Assembly: GCA_000442015.1 (NCBI GenBank)
Contig: KE560700.1
Coordinates: forward strand, 1-40,077
Direction of reading: 5' to 3'
DNA: 40,077 bases
Source: Rozella allomycis CSF55
Lineage: Eukaryota
Part shown: positions 33,361 to 40,077 of the stretch, piece after piece
Numbering within the stretch: position 1 is the first letter of the stretch
How the letters are laid out: each line of letters begins with the position of its first letter
The notes under the pieces: model-generated
What the model was told of the DNA's origin: nothing
The model's input: only the letters and a program-made list of their open reading frames with translations
Databases searched by the model: none
Translations under genes and position numbers: made by a program

Positions 33361-34213
33361 TTAAGCCCATTGAAGGTTATGAAAGCGTTTCCAGAGGTAA
33401 CTTGTGTATGTTGATAAAGAGCCGATTCTTTACTATTGACTATTTAGTGACTTACCCGTTATGAGCACCAAGACTTACCGAAAGCAGCTTTAAATAAGAG
33501 AGAAGCTTAATGAAGAAATATATTCTCGTTATTAATGCCATCCATTTCAAATATCGCGAGGATTTACCAAAATTTACGAAAAATCCGTTGAATAGTGAAT
33601 TATTCACAACCGACAAACTTATTAAAGCAAGGAATACGTCGAAGATCATATCATACTTAACTTTGCTACTGTAAAGCAACATTAAGGACTCATGTTGTTT
33701 TTTCAAGGCGTCTTTATGCTGCTTTAGCTCTTCCCTGTACAATTTAGATGAATATTAAGCAATTACATCATTCAAAGCTTCATTAAGCCTGTTTTCGATT
33801 GATTTTACAGTATTTTCTAGTTCATTCGATATAAATTTCTGATTAATTAATGACTTTTTCAATTTAGTTATTGAATTCTGAAGCTGTAGTATGTATTGCC
33901 GTTGTTCATGAAGTCTCTCCTGCGTATTTTGCAGTTTCGTTCTTTCCCTTTGTAATATTATCAATTTATTAAGAGAAATATCTTTTACTTGGATATGTCT
34001 ATTCTTTACGTAATTAAAGAGGCTTATCATAGAATTGAATGAGTGCATTTTAATGCTCACATTATTTATATGCTTTTGATACTCGAAAAAAGAATTAAAA
34101 TGTGTGACAAGACCTCTCATATCATATTGATTTTCTTCACCAAGTGTAGATTCCCCAATAACAATTTGCATATCTTCCTTTTTCACCACATTGACCGCTA
34201 ATTCATTCCTCAT
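33361..34213 (-). CDS. Hypothetical coiled-coil protein with two C-terminal hydrophobic helices
   Basis: ORFs 33755-34213 and 33452-33742 plus a short last exon are separated by microintron-sized gaps. Confidence 0.6.
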
Positions 34214-34426
34214 TTAAATTAATGGCTCCTATCAACGATGCCCAATCGGAATTAATGTGCTTTTTTAAAGAAAAACAGAATACTTGAATAGTATCATTGT
34301 GTATTTAAATTTAATTCTAGTTGATCAACCGCTGTAGTAACTTGATTTGCCGCGTAAAAATATAAAATATAGAACGGTAGCAAAAACAATACTATGAAAT
34401 GATTATGCATGCATGATGCAATAATT

Positions 34427-34862
34427 TTATTTTCTTTCTTCCACCTACATAAAACCATATTAGTTAAAATACCATAATTATATGATAACCAAAACTTTGT
34501 CTTTACTGGCGGATCTGTAACAATCGGTTGGTCGCAAGTGCTTGATGGTAAAAGAAATGCAGCATCTATTTAATAATAATTGTAAATTTAGATACCTTGA
34601 AAAGGCCCAACCATGGAGCCTCTAGACATCCATCCAAGAGAACCTCCACTTCGAGCCTTGTCTTCAGAGTAAATTTCAGCAACCTTGGCAAAGTTCATTT
34701 TCGCAACTTTTATTTTGTCGAGTGCCTCCATAGCTTTAGCTGATATGACGAGGTTTTTTAATTGTTACAATGTTTTTCACAAAGTATATGTCGTAACTTT
34801 AAGCTGTTTGCAGGTTTTAAGGCTGTGTTTGAACTAGATTCACCTTTGTTCTTTTTCGCCAT
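34427..34862 (-). CDS. PIN4: Parvulin Par14 peptidyl-prolyl isomerase; absent from the ORF track
   Basis: Spliced over 3 introns: [61 protein letters not shown]. Confidence 0.96.
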
Positions 34863-35045
34863 GAAAATTCGAGAATATAGATACCAATGAGAATAAAACT
34901 ATTTTGAATTTTGAACATGGTATAAAATTTCAAACTACAATTAAAAAATTATAGGAACTGTTTTTATCGAGAATTAAAAGTAAAGTGAATAGGATGCTGG
35001 AATTTCCTAATAGAACATTTAGGAAAAATCCACCCTTGTATAGGA

Positions 35046-38000
35046 ATGGCATTAAAGTTTAAAAAGACTGGACTACCAACGTTATTAGCTGAAGGTACCA
35101 AAGTAAGAGTATGAAAAGAGTTAAGACAGCATTTACAAGGACCTGAGGAGACCACATATAGGAACATTGAAGCGTGCCAGAACCTATCGAAGATTACATG
35201 TAGTTCCATGGGCCCAAATGGTAAAAGGTGTAGTATTTGTGAATTAGGTCGCAATAAGATGATAATAAACCATCTTGAAAAGTTGTTTGTAACAAATGAT
35301 GCTGCGACTATTTTGAAAGAGCTTGAGGTGTTTCATCCTGCGGCAAAGTTGTTGGTGATGGCGTCTCAGCAACAAGAGTCTGAGGTAATAATGTGTAGGG
35401 GAAAAGATAGATGGGAGATGGTACAAACTTTGTGGTAGCTGTTGCTGGTGAATTGCTAGGCAAGGCAGAAGAAATGCTACGCATGGGACTTCCATTAGCA
35501 GAGATCATAGAAGGATATGAGTTGGCTGTGAAGGAAGCTGAAGAGATGGCGGAGAGTAAAATGAAATAGTGGAATGAATAGGATTTGTTGTTGATCAAGT
35601 GAGCGATATGAAGGACAAGAAACAATTGATGAAGATTATTAAGGGTGTTATATCTGCTAAACAATATGGAAATGAAGATTTTTTGGGTGACATTGTGGCT
35701 GATGCGTGTTTGAGTGTGATGCCGAAGAATGAAAAATATTTTAATGTTGACAATGTGAGAGTTGTGAAAATACTTGGAGGAAGTCATTTTGATACCAAGA
35801 TGGTCAAGGGGATGGTTTTTCATAGAGAGCCAGAAGGCATTGTGACCAGGGCAGAGAAAGCGAAGGTGGCGATTTTCACGTGTGCGATAGATATTGGAAG
35901 AACAGAAACGAAGGGGACTGTTTTAATTAAGGATGCGAAGGAGATGTTGAGCTACAGCAAAGGNGAGAGCAGAGAAGGCGAAGGTTGCGATTTTCACGTG
36001 TGCGATAGACATTGGAAGAACAGAAACGAAAGGGACTGTTTTAATTAAGGATGCGAAGGAGATGTTGAGCTACAGCAAAGGAGAGGAGAGTAGATTGGAG
36101 AATGAGATTAAGGGATTGGCAGACGCTGGGATTAAAGTGTTGGTGACTGGAAGTGCTGTGAGTGATTTGGCGTTGCATTTTATTAATCGTTATGGGATGA
36201 TGGTGTTGAAGATTTTATCAAAGTTTGAGTTGCGTAGATTGTGCCGTGTTACTGGAGCAACTGTTCTAGCACGTGTTGGAGTGCCAATGGCTGAAGAGAT
36301 TGGATTTTGTGATGTTGTAGAGACTGTTGAGATTGGAAGTGATAGATGCACCGTGTTTAGACAAGAAGGGGAGAGTTCCAAGACAGTTAGTATTGTGGTT
36401 CGTGGAGGCACTGTGAATTATTTGGATGACATTGAGAGATCTATTGATGATGCGGTGAACAATGTGAAATCTATTGCACAGGTGCAGTTAGCAATATCGC
36501 CTTTAGAAACACGAGAATAGATTTCGGGATTGAAGCAATTATTCAGCATCAGTCATTAAGTTTGGAGAAGCGTTGCAAATAATCCCGCGTACTCTAGTTG
36601 AGAATGCAGGGTTTTATCCAACAGCTGAGATTGCCAATCTGTTTGCGCTTCATGAACAAGGCAGCGCANTCCGCTGGCTTGCTCATGTCTAAAAATAGAA
36701 ACACAAAATCTTTACTTAACTTTGAGAGCTGCGTCTGTTTCCAATCTTAAAGCATCTAATTTAATCGCAAGAGAATCAAAAATCTTCTCTTTCGCTGCAT
36801 CAACTTGGCTTAAAAATTCCTTCTTCAACGCTCAATTTGCGCTGCCTTGTTCATGAAGTACAAACAGATTGGCAATCTCTGCTGTTGAATCAAACCCTGC
36901 ATTCTCAACCTGAGTGCGCGGGATTTTTTGCAACGCTCCAAACTTTATCACTGAATATTGCATCAATCCTGGAATCTTTTCTTCATGTGCTAAAAGCGAT
37001 TTTGCTAATCAAATCTCAAAGGCACCTGCACCAGCCACCAATCTATTATCTTTTGCAATAGATTTCACATTGTTGACTGCTCATCAATAGATATCACAGT
37101 GTCATCCAAATAACTCACAGTGAATACTACCTGTCTTGGAACTCTCTCNATCGGACTATCCTCTCCTGTCTAAACACTTTGCATCTATCATGCCTATCTC
37201 AACAGTCTCTACAACATCACAAAATCCAATCTCTTCAGCCTACTGGCACTCCAATACGTGCTAGAACAGTTGCTCCAGTAACCCGGCACAATCAACGCAG
37301 CACAAACTTTGATAAAATCTTCAACACCATCATCCCATAACGATTAATAAAATGCAACGCCAAATCACTTTTAAAATGTAAAGCATTTCAATTAATTTAT
37401 TTAATATCGACAGGGAGTTCTAGGACATATTGTTTCAACTCTTGAATTTCTTGAACAGATGAGTTGCCACTCTTCCCGACGAAAACTTGTTTTTTGAAGG
37501 ACCTAAATTGATGTGTTGGAACTACAAAGAAAAGTTTTGGCTCCTTTTGTTGGTTTTTAAATAGCTTGCAAATCTTCTGTAACACTTGAATACCGCGAAT
37601 AGGATGTTCACTCTCGACTGTAAATTGAAACATTCCTTGTGGACTGATTGCATCAATAGCAGGGAATGTATCATCATCTGATGTTTCNTTAGCAAGATCT
37701 CTTTTAGCACATGGAGAAAAGATTCCGGGATTGAAGCAATATTCAGTGATAAAGTTTGGAGAAGCGTTGCAAATAATCCCGCGCACTCTAGTTGAGAATG
37801 CAGGGTTTGATTCAACAGCTGAGATTGCCAATCTGTTTGCGCTTCATGAACAAGGCAGCGCAACGTTGGGATTTAACGTTGAAGAAGGCGGCCAAATTGA
37901 TGCAGCAGAAGAGAAAATTTTTGATTCTCTTGCGATTAAATTGAATGCTTTAAGATTGGCAACAGACGCAGCTCTCAATGTTCTTCGTGTTGATCAAGTA

Positions 38001-38090
38001 AAGATTTTGTGTTTCTATTTTTAGATTATCATGAGCAAGCCAGCGGGAGGTCCAAAGCCACGCAAGCCAATTGCGAATGATGAAGATTAA
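35046..38090 (+). CDS. CCT8: Chaperonin CCT theta subunit; locus disrupted in this assembly
   Basis: SMGPNGRNKMIINHLEKLFVTNDAATIL, GDGTN, FNVDNVRVVKILGG, SKFELRRLC and VLRVDQ|IIMSKPAGGPK. Interrupted by duplications and Ns between 35964 and 37688. Confidence 0.93.
36670..37370 (-). repeat. Indel-rich inverted copy of the CCT8 3' half
   Basis: Reverse complement matches about 36165-36480 and about 37690-38047. Starts at the N at 36669 and contains another N at 37149. Confidence 0.85.
37397..37687 (-). other. C-terminal fragment of a Crinkler/RHS-type restriction-endonuclease-like domain
   Basis: FPAIDAI..FQFTV..HPI..KLFFVVP..F..FKKQ..KQYVLELP, truncated at the N at 37688. Confidence 0.75.
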
Positions 38091-38149
38091 TTTGTGATAA
38101 AATATCTTTAAGTCTATTTTTAGTTTTTTAAATCTATTTGTAATTGGTT

Positions 38150-39732
38150 TTAAATCCTTTGAATCTTTTTTATTAAATTTTCTAAATCTTTTTGTTGAAA
38201 ATGAAAATCATTTGAATCAACAGCGATTTGCTCTTTTAAAGAATTGATTCTATTTTTAGCCAAAAATTTTTCTTGCTTGAAAAAATCTTTCAAAGCCTTT
38301 TTTAATTAATTTAAAATTTTACTTGCCGCTTTTCTTTATCTTCAATTCTCTTCTTCTCTTCCAATAGATTCTTTTCTTCAATTAAGACATCGTATTGGTC
38401 TTTATAGAATTTATTTAATTCTTCTCTTTTCATCTCCATTTCTCTTTTAATTTGCTTTTCTTTTTCTCTTTCTTTTCTCTCTTTTTCTATTCTAATTTCT
38501 CTTTCACTCTTTATCATTTCTTTAATTAATTCTTCTACAATCTCTTAAATTATAATATTAATTTTACTTTATCTTCATTGTTTTGTCTTTTCAGTTTCGC
38601 TCTGTTGACTTGGTGTTTAATTTGCTCATAATAATTCACCATCTTAACCAACCCCCTCTCTCGCTCTTTTTGACTCGTTCTTGTTGTCCTCAGTGCATCC
38701 TCTACCCTCTTTTGTCTCTCGTAATTCAAATAATGCGTAAATTCTTTCTTTATCAAATTACTCGCCTTGACAAAATCTCTTTCTTCCCTTTCTTCATTAA
38801 TCTTTTCCCTTTTCTTTTTAATCCCTCATTCAACCAACTTTTAATCATTTTACCTCTCAAGGCATTATTCTTTATTTGTTGTTCAACATGCTCTGGAATT
38901 CTCATCCCAGGAAATGTTTCATTCACAAACTGTTTCAATCCATACAAAGGGTCAATTAATTCCATATTTTCATCATTTTCATTCGTTTCATATCTCTCTC
39001 CCTTGGCATCGGTACATACATTCAGCTCTGGGTACTTTATGGCCCTTCTCTTGGCTTGTTCCTTTAAATATCCATTCTGTCTCTTTTGCATCTGATACCT
39101 CATTTTAAAGGGTGAAAATTGGATCTTGTTTTTTGGTGAAAATTGAACCTTCTTATTCTTAGGATACTTCTTATTAGCCTTGTCAAACTTTCTCTTATAT
39201 TCTTCTTCTTCTTTGACCTTTTCATTCTCCTTTGCTTTTTTATTACTCTTCTTTGGTTCTTTTATTTCAGTTTTGCTCTCTCTAGGATCCTGTAGATTGC
39301 TTAAAAAGTAGGAATCAGATTCATCGCCAGTTTCACTCCCTCCACCATTAACAGCACTAGGCGCAAACGATACCTTTTTTCTATCAAAAACTTTGAAAGA
39401 AAATAACACATATAATATTTCTATTATATCATTAACCGCTTGGATCTTTCTTTCCATTAAATCTTCGCTCTTTATATGACCCAATGAAATTCCTAGTGCT
39501 TCTTCTAGATGTTTCAACATGTCCTCAACATTATCAGAATAATAGTCAGGGAAAAGTTGATAATATATCTCTAATATGTCTTTCATTGTCATTTCTTCAA
39601 ATGAATTGACCTAGTCACTTTAAACTAATACTGGTACCTCTCGCTTTATCAAGAATTTTTTTCTCATTATATTTATATAATTAATGCAATCTTAAAACGG
39701 TAAAATTAGTCCATATGATTACCTTCAATCAT
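38150..39732 (-). CDS. CEP95: CEP95-like centrosomal protein (DUF5745 N-terminus plus coiled coil)
   Basis: LEEALGISLGHIKSEDLMERKIQAVNDIIEIL, and C-terminal LNKFYKDQYDVLIE..DFHFQQKD. Confidence 0.7.
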
Positions 39733-39899
39733 CTAATTCAGAAAATGGCCAAAAACAAAATAATCTATTTTTCAGCTCTATTCCCTAGCTCAAAAGAAGA
39801 TATGAAAAAATTGATAAATGGATTTCGATTGCATGGTAATGCTAGTAACTGTAATACAAAATTTATTAAATCTTTCATTTTCCCTCTTCGAATTCAAGA

Positions 39900-40077
39900 A
39901 CAAGTCACGCATTGCTCGTTAAATCGGACGGGGAGTTTATAGTTATCAATAAATTTAAAATTTAAAATAAAATTTTTTCATACAAAACATCTGTTAACTG
40001 TTTTCTATCTGATCATTTTTTCACATTGTGACTCGCCTAAAATACAAGTCTCGCAGTGCTCGTTAAATCGGACGGGG
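39900..40077. repeat. 34-bp GC-rich direct repeat, period 144, cut by the window end
   Basis: acaagtc(a/t)cgca(t/g)tgctcgttaaatcggacgggg at 39900-39933 and 40044-40077. Confidence 0.85.

Noticed and set aside
37397-37831. Apparent 144-aa fusion ORF
   Set aside because: Its first half is antisense CCT8 joined across the N at 37688 to the Crinkler-like fragment.
39900-40077. CRISPR-like repeat-spacer
   Set aside because: Eukaryotic context, only two copies, a 110-nt spacer and no cas genes.
1-40077. Alternative genetic code or mass pseudogenisation explaining fragmented ORFs
   Set aside because: The breaks I checked in conserved genes resolve as GT-AG microintrons, and TAA, TAG and TGA all act as terminal stops.

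Overview
This is AT-rich, gene-dense eukaryotic DNA, not prokaryotic. About 25 protein genes are split by roughly 26-33 nt GT-AG microintrons, and intergenic gaps are often under 100 nt. A velvet regulator, flagellar/centriolar genes (CFAP410, DRC2, CCDC42/CFAP73, CEP95), SNAPC1, a SANT-bearing DNAJC2 and a Crinkler-like fragment point to a zoosporic early-diverging fungus, probably Rozella/Cryptomycota-like (inference). The window also holds a decayed hAT transposon, tRNA-Thr(AGT), a divergent histone H4, and a duplicated H4/MET22 3' junction flanking ~2.9 kb of decayed DNA with an inverted repeat and Helitron-like ends. The CCT8 locus looks misassembled. The best leads are a recurrent AGCCAC motif beside start codons, a candidate H/ACA-type RNA, AAG-ended microintrons, stop codons fused to AATAAA, and the H4/MET22 duplication. 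All protein calls come from motif recognition by eye, not database searches, and gene ends were inferred by manual splicing.
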